Assembly: GCA_036637795.1 (NCBI GenBank) | Contig: JAVWLU010000008.1 | Location: 1,823 to 65,822 of the forward strand | DNA: 64,000 nucleotides | Direction: 5' to 3' | From: Clostridium sp. | Lineage (GTDB): Bacteria > Bacillota > Clostridia > Clostridiales > Clostridiaceae | Part shown: positions 1 to 10,096 of the stretch, one piece after another | How the letters are laid out: every line of letters begins with the position of its first letter | Numbering within the stretch: the first letter of the stretch is position 1 | Position numbers and translations under genes: made by a program | Notes under the pieces: model-generated | The model's database searches: none | Told to the model about the DNA's origin: nothing | What the model saw: the letters and a program-made list of their open reading frames with translations, nothing else

Positions 1-4
1 ATAT

Positions 5-406
5 ATGGGTGTAGTTGCAAATGGTGATAATTGGGGAGCAAAAGTTACTTCTATATTTACACGAAAAAAGTTAGTGTTAGTAAAACGAAATTTAATGGAT
101 GTAATAGTAGAGACGGAGTTTATAGATTATAAAGATATAGATTGTTGCAAAGTTAATAATAGAGAGAAATTATTAATAATAGAGTATCAAGATAAAAAGC
201 TAGCATTAATGATAACAGAAGATGCAAGAACTTTTGTTAGTTTAATAAGTAATAAAATTCAAGTTAAAGAGGTAGATGAAAAATACAAATCACAAGGTAG
301 CAATATATATACAGTAGTGCATAGAATTATATATGGTATTGTAGCTTTACTTGGTATTGGTGCAATAATTACGCTTATAGCATATTTGATTTATTTGAGT
401 AAATAG
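5..406 (+). CDS. hypothetical protein, possible PH-like domain plus C-terminal transmembrane helix; probably truncated at the window edge
   Basis: ORF track; hydrophobic C-terminus IIYGIVALLGIGAIITLIAYLIYL. Confidence 0.6.
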   Translation: MGVVANGDNWGAKVTSIFTRKKLVLVKRNLMDVIVETEFIDYKDIDCCKVNNREKLLIIEYQDKKLALMITEDARTFVSLISNKIQVKEVDEKYKSQGSNIYTVVHRIIYGIVALLGIGAIITLIAYLIYLSK

Positions 407-528
407 GGAAGAGAAAAAAAATTATTTCTTAAATTATTGTAAAGGTTAAAAATCATAAAGTTAACTTAGGGATATTGTGGTAAAATAATATATAATAGGG
501 GTAACTATATATCTTTGGGGGAATTTTT

Positions 529-1251
529 ATGTTAGGTATAGTAATTTGTGAAGATAATTTAATTCAAAGAGAGCGTTTAGCAAAATCAATTGAAAATTTT
601 ATAGATTTTGAAGAGTATGATATGAGTATTGAATTAAAGACAGGGGACCCTCGTAAGGTGTTATCATATTTAGATAAGAATAAAGGGTCTAATGTTTATT
701 TTTTAGATGTTGATTTAGGTACTGATATAAATGGAATAGAGCTAGCTAGTGAAATAAGGAAGTATGACCCTAGAGGATTTATTGTTTTTGTAACAACCCA
801 TTCAGAAATGAGTGTTTTAACCTTTAAATATAAAGTTGAGGCAATGGATTATATAATAAAAGATGACACTGAAAACTTTAATGATAGAATTAAAGATTGT
901 TTACAAAGTGCGAATACAAGAATTGCAAATGTAGATGGGATTAGTAATAATAAAATATTTACAGTGAAGGTTGGAAGTAGGCTCATTAATGTAAAATATG
1001 ATGATATAATGTTTATTGAGACATCTCCAACTGTACATAAACTTATATTGCATGCTAAAAATAGACAAGTGGAGTTCTATGGGCGAATAAAAGATTTAGA
1101 AGAGCAGTTAGGTGACGAGTTCTTTAGATGTCATAGAGCATTTATTGTAAATATGAGCAATGTTGTAGAAGTTAAGAAAACAATTCGTGTATTAATTATG
1201 AGAAATGGGGAAGAATGTTTAGTTAGTACGAGATGTTTATATAGATTCTAA
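529..1251 (+). CDS. AgrA-like LytTR-family response regulator
   Basis: Receiver motifs ICED, YFLDVDL, IVFVTTH; LytTR motif FFRCHRAFIVN. Confidence 0.9.
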   Translation: MLGIVICEDNLIQRERLAKSIENFIDFEEYDMSIELKTGDPRKVLSYLDKNKGSNVYFLDVDLGTDINGIELASEIRKYDPRGFIVFVTTHSEMSVLTFKYKVEAMDYIIKDDTENFNDRIKDCLQSANTRIANVDGISNNKIFTVKVGSRLINVKYDDIMFIETSPTVHKLILHAKNRQVEFYGRIKDLEEQLGDEFFRCHRAFIVNMSNVVEVKKTIRVLIMRNGEECLVSTRCLYRF

Positions 1252-1276
1252 TACAAGAAGAGGATAGGTAAAACTA

Positions 1277-2689
1277 ATGTGGACAATAGTATTATTAATT
1301 AATATTTTATGTGTATTATCATTGATATTTATAGAAAGAAAAGAACCAAACACTACGTGGGCATGGCTCTTAATATTTATTATATTACCCGGGTTAGGGT
1401 TTTTAATATATTTAATGTTTGGTCAAAATCTAAGTAAAGAAAAGTTATTTAATGAAAAGACAATAACTGATGAGAAAAAAGCTAAGAAATTATTAGAGAC
1501 ACTTTCAGAAGAAAGTCATCATCATGAACAATTAGATCATTGTTTAGATTTAATAAAGATGAATTACAATCATTCTGGTGCTTTATTCTTTGCAGGTAAT
1601 AGAGTAAAGATGTATACGGTTGGAGAAGAAAAATATAATGATTTATTTCAAGATATAAGAAATGCTAAGAAATTTATTCACATTGAATATTACATATTTA
1701 GAATGGATGGACTTGGAATAACTTTATTATATGAACTTCAACAAAAGGTTAAAGAAGGTGTAGAAGTAAGATTCGTTGTAGATGCAATGGGATCTAAGGC
1801 ACTAAGAAAAAAGCATATTGAGTACATAAAAAGTTTAGGAATAGATTTTCATATATTTTTCCCAGTACTTATTCCAAGAATTATTCCACGTTTCAACTTT
1901 AGAAACCATAGAAAAATTGTGGTTATAGATGGTGAAATAGGTTATGTTGGTGGATTTAATGTAGGGGATGAATATGTAAATAGAGGAGAACAGTTTAGCT
2001 TCTGGAGAGATACACATATAAGAATGGAAGGTAAGGCTGTTGATGAACTAAACAAGAGATTTATACTTGATTTTGAGCATGCTTCTGAAAAGGAACTTGG
2101 GGATTATACAAAATACTTCCCGGAAAAACCTTTCCTTGGAGATGTTGGAATGCAGATAGTATCATCAGGTCCTGATCATAAAGAAGAATATATTAAAATT
2201 GCATATATGAAGATAATAAATAATGCGAAAAAATATGTTTATATTCAAACACCATATTTAGTATTAGATGAGCCAATCAAGGAAGCATTAAAAATAGCAG
2301 CTCTTTCAGGTGTTGATGTAAGATTAATTGTTCCAGATAAGCCAGACCATTTCTATATGGCTTGGATGCTTAGTGCAACAATTGGTGAGTTAATGGAGTT
2401 TGGGGTTAAATTCTATAAATATCAAAAAGGATTTATTCATTCAAAAACTATAGTATCAGATGGCTTAATATCAAGCATAGGAACAGCAAATATGGATATT
2501 AGAAGCTTTAAATTAAACTTTGAAGTAAATGCAATATTATATAGTGAAGATATGGCAAAACAATGTACAGACGTATTCCTTAAAGACCAAGCTGATTGTA
2601 GGCTTGTTACTAAAGAGGAATATCAAGGTAGAAGCAAAACGTTAAAGGTTAAGGAGTCTATAATAAGATTAGTATCACCTTTGCTTTAG
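1277..2689 (+). CDS. cls: cardiolipin synthase
   Basis: Two N-terminal TM helices; two HKD motifs (NHRKIVVIDG, HSKTIVSDG). Confidence 0.93.
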   Translation: MWTIVLLINILCVLSLIFIERKEPNTTWAWLLIFIILPGLGFLIYLMFGQNLSKEKLFNEKTITDEKKAKKLLETLSEESHHHEQLDHCLDLIKMNYNHSGALFFAGNRVKMYTVGEEKYNDLFQDIRNAKKFIHIEYYIFRMDGLGITLLYELQQKVKEGVEVRFVVDAMGSKALRKKHIEYIKSLGIDFHIFFPVLIPRIIPRFNFRNHRKIVVIDGEIGYVGGFNVGDEYVNRGEQFSFWRDTHIRMEGKAVDELNKRFILDFEHASEKELGDYTKYFPEKPFLGDVGMQIVSSGPDHKEEYIKIAYMKIINNAKKYVYIQTPYLVLDEPIKEALKIAALSGVDVRLIVPDKPDHFYMAWMLSATIGELMEFGVKFYKYQKGFIHSKTIVSDGLISSIGTANMDIRSFKLNFEVNAILYSEDMAKQCTDVFLKDQADCRLVTKEEYQGRSKTLKVKESIIRLVSPLL

Positions 2690-2722
2690 AATAATGTAGA
2701 ATCCTTTTAGAATTCTTGTGAA

Positions 2723-2809
2723 AAATAATAATGGTATAAAGCATAGCTTTATACCATTATTATTTATTTGAAAGAAATTCAGAGAATTCCATCCTTAGCG
2801 CAGCCGCGT
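2723..2809. repeat. repeat family B, short copy; includes bidirectional terminator-like hairpin between cls and the MCP gene
   Basis: AAATAATAATGGTATAAAGC-ata-GCTTTATACCATTATTATTT then GAAAGAAATTCAGAGAATTCCATCCTTAGCG, matching the copies at 23189 and 27791. Confidence 0.7.
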
Positions 2810-2829
2810 AAAAACAAAGATTTTAAAAG

Positions 2830-4230
2830 TTAATTTGTAACTTTATTTAAATCAGAATGTCCATTTTTATCATATAATCTAAATTTAGATGTTGTATTTA
2901 ATGTTGTTGATGAAAGTGATGTTAAGTTCTGAGCAGCAGATAAAACAACTTCACTTGAACTCTCTAATGAATCAGTAGTTTCATTGATTGATTCTGCTAA
3001 TGCAAATATTTCTTCTGATGCATTAGATATATTAACAAATTTATCTACTATACCATTATTTATTTCTATAATATTACTTGATGAACATTTTAGTTTTTCA
3101 ACTTTTGGTGTAACCATACTAATTGATGTAGAGATATTATTAAATGCAGAAATAGATCCACCGATTATTTCTTTTTGATCATTTATTTTATCAGATAGTA
3201 TAGAAGTTTTGGTAAATAATTCATTTGAACTATTTAGTACAGTTCCGATTAAGTTAGTAATATTAATAGATGATTCTTTTGTTTTTACTGAAAGATTTCT
3301 AATTTCATTTGAAACTACAGAGAATCCTTTACCAGCCTCACCAGCTCTAGCAGCTTCAATTGCAGCATTTAAAGCTAATAAGTCAGTTTGTTCTGCAATT
3401 TGATTAATAATTGCAGTTATTTCTGTAACTTTCTTTATATCATTTTTCATTTCTGTAATTACATTTAGGAATTCATTGAATTTAATATTAAACTCATTAA
3501 ATGAATTTGTAAGAGAATCCATCTCTGTATAACTTCTTTTGGCTTGTGAATTAACTTCAGATGTTAATGAAGAAATTTCACTAACTTCATTTATATTATA
3601 TGATAGCTGTTTTTTAAATTCATTTAATTCATTCACAGTATCTGAAATATCATTTTTTTCTAAATTTATGCTATTAGTTATATCAGCAATAGATGTTGAT
3701 ATTGTTGATGTTAAATCTCTTAATTCTTCAGAGAAAGAAGTAAGATTTTCGGATTGATTAGTTAAAGCATGTGAGTTATCAAGCATTTCATTAACTATAT
3801 TCATAACAGTTACTTGCATTTGATCAGCTGCTTTAGCAATTGGACCAAATTCATCATCTCTAGCAAAGTGTTTATCTTTTATTCTGTAGAAATAATCTCC
3901 CTCAGCTAACATTTCAAAATGTATTCTGAAGTTGTTTAGTAATCTTGCGAGTGGAGAGATAGATCTATACATAAAGTATGATGATATAACAGTGATAATA
4001 ATAGTGAAGAATGCACCTAATAATAGGTTGCCAATAGTTATATCGTTTACAGAAGATATAACAGATTCATCAACATTTAATGACCTAAGTTCCATAGTTA
4101 AAAATATGTTTTGGATAGTTGAATATAAGAATAAACTAATAGCTGTAATTGCTAATAATATAATTCCTATTTTAATAGTTAAGTTGGTTTTAATACTTTT
4201 TTTCTTGCTAAAATTAAAATTTACACTCAT
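2830..4230 (-). CDS. methyl-accepting chemotaxis protein
   Basis: IAEQTDLLALNAAIEAARAGEAGKGF signalling motif, two TM helices, HAMP; start moved to ATG 4230 behind AAGGAG. Confidence 0.93.
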   Translation of the reverse strand: MSVNFNFSKKKSIKTNLTIKIGIILLAITAISLFLYSTIQNIFLTMELRSLNVDESVISSVNDITIGNLLLGAFFTIIITVISSYFMYRSISPLARLLNNFRIHFEMLAEGDYFYRIKDKHFARDDEFGPIAKAADQMQVTVMNIVNEMLDNSHALTNQSENLTSFSEELRDLTSTISTSIADITNSINLEKNDISDTVNELNEFKKQLSYNINEVSEISSLTSEVNSQAKRSYTEMDSLTNSFNEFNIKFNEFLNVITEMKNDIKKVTEITAIINQIAEQTDLLALNAAIEAARAGEAGKGFSVVSNEIRNLSVKTKESSINITNLIGTVLNSSNELFTKTSILSDKINDQKEIIGGSISAFNNISTSISMVTPKVEKLKCSSSNIIEINNGIVDKFVNISNASEEIFALAESINETTDSLESSSEVVLSAAQNLTSLSSTTLNTTSKFRLYDKNGHSDLNKVTN

Positions 4231-4415
4231 AAATTTCTCCTTTGTTACCATAATATTCTCTATAATATTGTACAAGAAACTACATAAATTAACAATAATA
4301 TTATTAAAATACAACAGAATGTTAATATTTAATTAGTAATATTAAAAAAACCAAAAAAGTGGTACAATTAATAACGTTTACAAGATGTTTTTATAATTAT
4401 GAGGGAGATAGAATT

Positions 4416-6518
4416 ATGGAAGTTAAAAGACAATTAAAAGTACAGCTTAAAGAAGGATTACATGCAAGGGTGATTGCTGCAATAGCTAGAGAGGCTGTTA
4501 TTATAGAGAAAAAGTATAATGTAAAACTTTATATTGAGTATAAGGATAGAGGAATTACTCCAATTAGTGCGGTTATGTCATTCATTTTCTTTAAAGTTAG
4601 ACAAGGAGAGAATATAACAATATATGCACGAGGCGAGAATAATCTGAATGATGCTTTAGATTCTATAGAGCCATTTTTTTCAGATAAAGTTAATGAATTT
4701 TTAGATAAAGAAATAAATAATATCGATACAATGATAACTGATAAAGCAATAACAGTTGGTGAAATATTAAATTCAATAGATAATGGTGTTATTGTCGAAG
4801 AGATAAATAAAGAGATAACATTTATTAATACAGCAACTATAAATATTTTAGGAATACAAGAGAATGAAATAATAGGTAACAAGATTGAGGATATATTAGA
4901 TGAATTTAATCAAGTTGCATCACCTGAAAGAGGAGAGATATTTAGAGGGGAAAAGGGTGATAAAACAGTATTAATTTATAAAAATCCTTTAATAGTAGAT
5001 GAAGAAAATAAAGGTTATATATATATTTTAGAAGATGTATCAATATTAGAGGAGATTATAGATGAACTTTCTATAGTAAAGGAATTGAAAGAAAAATTGC
5101 AATTAATTCTTGATACTGTAGGGGATGGAGTTTGTGTAATAAATAATGAAGGAATTATAACATATGTAAATGATAATTATAAATCTATGGTTAATAGAGA
5201 TGATTTATTAAAAAAGAGTATATATGATATATCACCAAATGGTGTAAGAAGAAAGGTATTAGAAACTGGAGAAGCAGCTATAGGTGAAATAGTAGAAAAA
5301 AGAAACTTTGTAAAGATGATATGTTCTGTTTATCCATTAAAGGTTGATGGAAAACAAGTTGGTGTAGTTTCATTTATTAAGGAAATTTCAGATGTTAAGC
5401 AACTAAGTAATAAGTTAGATAAGGCATCTGAAAGAGTTAAATATTTAGAAGAAGAATTATTTAGAACAAAAAAGCCTCATGAAGCTTTTAATAAGTATAT
5501 AGGGAAAAGTGGAAAAGTATTAGATTCATTAGCATTAGCAACAAAAGCAGCAAAGAGTATGGCAACAGTAATAATTAGAGGGGATAGTGGTACTGGTAAA
5601 GAGTTAATTGCTGAAGGTATTCACTATGCAAGTGATAGAGCTAAAGGTCCATTTATAAGAGTAAACTGTGCTGCAATTCCAGAAAGCCTAATTGAAAGTG
5701 AAATTTTTGGTTATGAAAAGGGTGCGTTTACTGGTGCTGTAAAAAGAAAGTTAGGTAAGTTTGAACTAGCTCAAAATGGAACTATATTTTTAGATGAAAT
5801 AGGCGAAATGGATAAGAATATGCAATCTAAAATTCTTAGAGTAATTCAATATAAAGAATTTCAAAGGGTTGGTGGAGAGAGTACTGTACATGTAGATGTA
5901 AGAATAATAGCAGCTACTCATAGAAACTTAGAAGAGATGGTTAAACAAGGTGAGTTTAGAGAGGATTTATATTATAGATTAAATGTTATTCCAATAAAGC
6001 TACCTCCATTAAAGGATAGAAAAGAAGATATACCATTACTTGCTGAGCATTTTATAGATAAACTTCAAGAGAATAAAACTATAAAAGGTATAACAAGTGA
6101 TGCAATGAATAAGTTAAGTGAATATAGTTGGAATGGTAATGTTAGAGAATTAGAAAATGTTATAGAAAGAACTATAGCTTTATGTGAGGGGGATGTAATT
6201 CATACAAATGATTTACCTATACATATTTTAGATAGTAGTCAAGTTGTAACATATAAGAAACCAGAAGAGATAAAAATTAAAAATGAAGTTGAAAGTGTAG
6301 TTAGTAAAGAAGTAAATGAGTCAAAGGATGAAATTGTAAATATAATAAATAATGAAAAATTACTTACGCTTAAGGAATATGAGAAATTGATTATAGAAAA
6401 AGCTTTAAAGGAACATGGAAGTTATAATAAAGCAGCGAAGGCTTTGGGGATAACTCATAGAACTGTTTCTTTAAAAGCAAAACAATATGGTATAGAAAAA
6501 ATAGTTACTTGGCAGTAA
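4416..6518 (+). CDS. sigma-54 enhancer-binding activator (HPr-like + PAS + AAA+ + HTH), DhaR-like
   Basis: GLHAR HPr motif; GDSGTGKE; GAFTGA; FLDEIGE; C-terminal HTH; ATG 4416 follows GAGGGAG. Confidence 0.9.
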   Translation: MEVKRQLKVQLKEGLHARVIAAIAREAVIIEKKYNVKLYIEYKDRGITPISAVMSFIFFKVRQGENITIYARGENNLNDALDSIEPFFSDKVNEFLDKEINNIDTMITDKAITVGEILNSIDNGVIVEEINKEITFINTATINILGIQENEIIGNKIEDILDEFNQVASPERGEIFRGEKGDKTVLIYKNPLIVDEENKGYIYILEDVSILEEIIDELSIVKELKEKLQLILDTVGDGVCVINNEGIITYVNDNYKSMVNRDDLLKKSIYDISPNGVRRKVLETGEAAIGEIVEKRNFVKMICSVYPLKVDGKQVGVVSFIKEISDVKQLSNKLDKASERVKYLEEELFRTKKPHEAFNKYIGKSGKVLDSLALATKAAKSMATVIIRGDSGTGKELIAEGIHYASDRAKGPFIRVNCAAIPESLIESEIFGYEKGAFTGAVKRKLGKFELAQNGTIFLDEIGEMDKNMQSKILRVIQYKEFQRVGGESTVHVDVRIIAATHRNLEEMVKQGEFREDLYYRLNVIPIKLPPLKDRKEDIPLLAEHFIDKLQENKTIKGITSDAMNKLSEYSWNGNVRELENVIERTIALCEGDVIHTNDLPIHILDSSQVVTYKKPEEIKIKNEVESVVSKEVNESKDEIVNIINNEKLLTLKEYEKLIIEKALKEHGSYNKAAKALGITHRTVSLKAKQYGIEKIVTWQ

Positions 6519-6557
6519 TTTAAAAGTTTATTTGGCAATAATTAAGAATAGTTAATT

Positions 6558-6574
6558 TTGGCATGAAAGTTGCT
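6558..6574 (+). promoter_or_regulatory. sigma-54 -24/-12 promoter of gldA
   Basis: TTGGCATGAAAGTTGCT, with GG and GC 12 bp apart. Confidence 0.9.
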
Positions 6575-6625
6575 TTAAATATAAGCATAGAAAAACAAAA
6601 TTAAATTCTTAAGGAGGAGTCAATT

Positions 6626-7717
6626 ATGACTAGATCATTAATATCACCAAGTAAATATATTCAAGGTAATGGAGTATGGAAAGATTTTAGCACTTATGTA
6701 TCACCATTAGGAAATGATTTCTTAATAATAGCTGATAGCTTTATATTACCTCAAGTAGAAAAAGAAATAGGGGAAAACTTAAAACAAAATAATAGTTCAT
6801 TTATAATAGAAAAATTCAATGGAGAATGTTCAAAAAAAGAGATAGAAAGACTTAGAGAGGTAGTTAAAAAGAATAACTCTAAAATTATCATAGGAGTAGG
6901 TGGTGGAAAGACTTTAGATACTGCAAAAGCTACTTCATATTATGAAAAATTACCTGTTGTAATAGTTCCAACAATAGCATCAACAGATGCTCCAACTAGT
7001 GCACTTGCAGTAATTTATACAGAGGATGGAATATTCGATGAGTACTTATTCTTCCCAAACAATCCTAATATGGTAATAGTAGATTCAGGCGTTGTTGCAA
7101 AGGCTCCAGCAAGATTCTTAATTGCTGGTATGGGGGATGCTTTAGCTACTTACTTTGAAGCAAGAGCATGTGTTAAATCACAAGCAACATCAATGGCTGG
7201 GGGGAATGCACCACTAGCATCAATGGCATTAGCAAGACTTTGCTATGACACAATTTTAGCTAATGGATTCAAGGCTATACAAGCTTTAGAACATAAGGTT
7301 GCAACAAAGGCTGTAGAAGATGTAATTGAAGCAAATATATACTTAAGTGGAATAGGATTTGAAAGTGCTGGACTTGCAGCTGCACATGCTATTCATAATG
7401 GATTAACTGAGATTGAAGAAATGCACCATTTAATGCATGGTGAAAAAGTAGCATTTGGTACTTTAGCTCAATTAGTACTTGAAAATGCAGAAATTGAAGA
7501 GATAGAAGAAGTAATAGACTTCTGTCAAACTCTTGGATTACCAACAACTCTAGAAGAAATGGGAGTTAAGGAAATAAATAATGAAGATATTATGAGAGTA
7601 GCAGTTAAATCTTGTGAAAAAGGAGATACTATGCACAACATGCCATTTAAAGTAACTCCAGAAGATGTATATGCTGCAATACTTGCAACAGATGCACTTT
7701 GTAAGAAATACAAATAA
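6626..7717 (+). CDS. gldA: glycerol dehydrogenase
   Basis: SPSKYIQG, GGGKTLDTAK, PTIASTDAP, HAIHNGL, HGEKVAFG. Confidence 0.93.
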   Translation: MTRSLISPSKYIQGNGVWKDFSTYVSPLGNDFLIIADSFILPQVEKEIGENLKQNNSSFIIEKFNGECSKKEIERLREVVKKNNSKIIIGVGGGKTLDTAKATSYYEKLPVVIVPTIASTDAPTSALAVIYTEDGIFDEYLFFPNNPNMVIVDSGVVAKAPARFLIAGMGDALATYFEARACVKSQATSMAGGNAPLASMALARLCYDTILANGFKAIQALEHKVATKAVEDVIEANIYLSGIGFESAGLAAAHAIHNGLTEIEEMHHLMHGEKVAFGTLAQLVLENAEIEEIEEVIDFCQTLGLPTTLEEMGVKEINNEDIMRVAVKSCEKGDTMHNMPFKVTPEDVYAAILATDALCKKYK

Positions 7718-7727
7718 ATTATAATAT

Positions 7728-7786
7728 AAATAAAAATAACCTTTAGTTGGAGCTTAAAAACTTCTACTGAAGGTTATTTTTATTTT
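7728..7786 (+). terminator. intrinsic terminator after gldA
   Basis: AAATAAAAATAACCTTTAGT...ACTGAAGGTTATTTTTATTT inverted repeat. Confidence 0.7.
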
Positions 7787-7818
7787 ATTACATTATTGAT
7801 AAGATTTTATAATAGATA

Positions 7819-7867
7819 TGATAAAAAGTATCAACCTTGATAAAAAATATCAAGGTTGATACTTTTT
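7819..7867. promoter_or_regulatory. putative upstream activator sequence for the dhaKLM sigma-54 promoter
   Basis: Two TGATA-N5-TATCA palindromes (7819-7833, 7838-7852) overlapping a perfect 20-bp inverted repeat, about 100-150 bp upstream of the -24 box. Confidence 0.65.
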
Positions 7868-7965
7868 GTATATTCTGAAAATTTAAACAGGTAAATTTAT
7901 ATTAAGTATTAGGAGCAAATCAGGGGAAGAAGAGTAGAAAAAATATCAAATAGCTTGATTTTAAC

Positions 7966-7982
7966 TTGGCATGGCAATTGCT
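7966..7982 (+). promoter_or_regulatory. sigma-54 -24/-12 promoter of dhaKLM
   Basis: TTGGCATGGCAATTGCT. Confidence 0.9.
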
Positions 7983-8022
7983 TTATATATTATTAAATAA
8001 ATTCATTTAGGAGGAATAGAAA

Positions 8023-9021
8023 ATGAAGAAGATTATAAATAACCCAAGCAATGTTTTAGAGGATATGTTAAAAGGATTAGTTTATGCTCACCCAGAGCAT
8101 TTAGAAAAAATAGAGGAAGCAAATGTTTTAGTAAGAAGAGAAAAGTCTAATAATAAGGTAGCTTTAGTATCAGGTGGAGGAAGTGGACATGAGCCAGCTC
8201 ATGCAGGATATGTTGGATATGGAATGTTAGATGGAGCTGTATGTGGAGAAGTATTTACATCACCAACTCCAGACCAAGTATATGAAGGCATAAAAGCAGT
8301 AGACAATGGAAATGGAACTTTATTAGTAGTAAAAAATTACACAGGCGATATTATGAATTTTGATATGGCTAAAGAAATGGCTGAAATGGAAGGTATAGAA
8401 GTTGAAACTGTTGTTGTGAATGATGATGTAGCTGTTGAGGATAGTCTTTATACGGCAGGAAGAAGAGGAATAGCAGGAACTGTATTTGTTCATAAGATAG
8501 CAGGTGCTATGGCAGAAAAAGGTGAGTCACTTCAAGAAGTTAAAAGAGTTGCAGATAAGGTTGTTGAGAATGTTAAGAGTATGGGGATGGCGTTAACTTC
8601 ATGTATAGTACCAGCAGCTGGGAAAGCAAACTTTGAACTTGGTGAAAATGAAGTTGAAATAGGTATGGGGATTCATGGTGAACCAGGAACTCATAGAGAA
8701 GAAATTTCAACAGCAGATTCTATTGTAGATCACCTAATGGAAAGAATACTTTCTAATATGGATGTAAAAGAAGGTGAAGAAGTTGCAGTTATGGTTAATG
8801 GACTAGCAGCTACACCATTTATGGAACTTTATATAGTAAATAAAAAGGTGCACGAAATGTTATCAGAAAAAGGAATAAAAATTCATAGAACATTTGTTGG
8901 TGAATACATGACATCATTAGAAATGGCAGGTTTCTCAATATCAATACTTAAGTTAGATGATGAATTAAAAGAATTATTAGATGATAAAGCAGACACACCA
9001 GCATTAAAGGTATTTAAATAA
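8023..9021 (+). CDS. dhaK: PTS-dependent dihydroxyacetone kinase subunit K
   Basis: SGGGSGHEPAHAG, KNYTGD, GIHGEPG. Confidence 0.95.
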   Translation: MKKIINNPSNVLEDMLKGLVYAHPEHLEKIEEANVLVRREKSNNKVALVSGGGSGHEPAHAGYVGYGMLDGAVCGEVFTSPTPDQVYEGIKAVDNGNGTLLVVKNYTGDIMNFDMAKEMAEMEGIEVETVVVNDDVAVEDSLYTAGRRGIAGTVFVHKIAGAMAEKGESLQEVKRVADKVVENVKSMGMALTSCIVPAAGKANFELGENEVEIGMGIHGEPGTHREEISTADSIVDHLMERILSNMDVKEGEEVAVMVNGLAATPFMELYIVNKKVHEMLSEKGIKIHRTFVGEYMTSLEMAGFSISILKLDDELKELLDDKADTPALKVFK

Positions 9022-9049
9022 TAAGGCTTAAAAATAGGAGGGAATTTAA

Positions 9050-9673
9050 ATGATTAACGGAGTTAAAGTAAAAGAGATATTAAGAGAAGTAAATATAGTA
9101 ATGGATGAAAATAAATTATATTTATCAGAACTTGATGCAGCAATTGGAGACGGAGATCATGGTTTAAATATGAATAAGGGATTTAAAGCTGTAGTTGAAA
9201 AGATAGATACATTATCAGATGAAGATATTAGCACAATTATAAAATCAGCTGGTATGGCGTTAGTTTCTAATGTTGGAGGGGCTTCAGGGCCTCTATATGG
9301 AACTGCATTTATGAAAGCTTCAATGGTGATAAACAAAAAAACTGAAATAGCAATAGATGACTTTATATCAATGTTAGAAGCTGCACTTGAAGGTATAAAA
9401 ATGAGAGGTAAAGCTGTTCTTGGAGAAAAGACTATGATAGATACTCTTGAACCAGCTATCCTTAAAGGAAAAATTGCTTTAGCAGAAGGCGTAGATGCTA
9501 AAGAAGTATTAAATAAAATTCAAGAAGCTGCAAAAGAGGGAATGGAAGAAACTAAAAACATAGTAGCCACAAAAGGTAGAGCAAGTTATGTTGGTGAAAG
9601 AAGTATAGGTCACCAAGATGCTGGTGCTACATCAATGTTCTTAATATTAAATACGATTTATAAGCAAATATAG
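9050..9673 (+). CDS. dhaL: dihydroxyacetone kinase ADP-binding subunit L
   Basis: LDAAIGDGDHG, GGASGPLYG, KGRASY. Confidence 0.95.
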   Translation: MINGVKVKEILREVNIVMDENKLYLSELDAAIGDGDHGLNMNKGFKAVVEKIDTLSDEDISTIIKSAGMALVSNVGGASGPLYGTAFMKASMVINKKTEIAIDDFISMLEAALEGIKMRGKAVLGEKTMIDTLEPAILKGKIALAEGVDAKEVLNKIQEAAKEGMEETKNIVATKGRASYVGERSIGHQDAGATSMFLILNTIYKQI

Positions 9674-9693
9674 TAGTAAGGTGGAGAGTTAAA

Positions 9694-10083
9694 ATGGTAG
9701 GAATAGTTTTAGTATCACATAGTGAAAAAATAGTAGAAGGCGTAAAAGAACTTGCAATGCAAATGGCTCCAGATGCTATAGTAAGTACTGCTGGTGGAAC
9801 AAAGGATAATAGAATAGGAACTGATATAGATAAGATTTCAGATGCTATTAATGATGTGTATAGTGAAGATGGAGTGCTAGTATTATTTGATTTAGGTAGT
9901 GCTTTCATGAATACAGAAATGGCAATAGAATTTTTAGATGATGATAGAAAAGATAGAGTGATTATTGTAGATACAGCAATAGTAGAAGGTGGTATAACAG
10001 CAATAATTGAATCATCAATTGGTAAGAGCATACAAGAGATTAAAGAATCAGTTGAGGTTATGAAATTAAATAAAATGCCTTAA
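9694..10083 (+). CDS. dhaM: dihydroxyacetone kinase phosphotransfer subunit (EIIA-Man-like)
   Basis: MVGIVLVSHS, DLGSA; follows dhaKL. Confidence 0.92.
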   Translation: MVGIVLVSHSEKIVEGVKELAMQMAPDAIVSTAGGTKDNRIGTDIDKISDAINDVYSEDGVLVLFDLGSAFMNTEMAIEFLDDDRKDRVIIVDTAIVEGGITAIIESSIGKSIQEIKESVEVMKLNKMP

Positions 10084-10096
10084 GGAGAGATTGAAT

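Noticed and set aside
436-470. LytTR direct-repeat binding site upstream of the AgrA-like gene
   Set aside because: AAGGTTAA and AAAGTTAA are about 15 bp apart, not the roughly 21-bp period expected.
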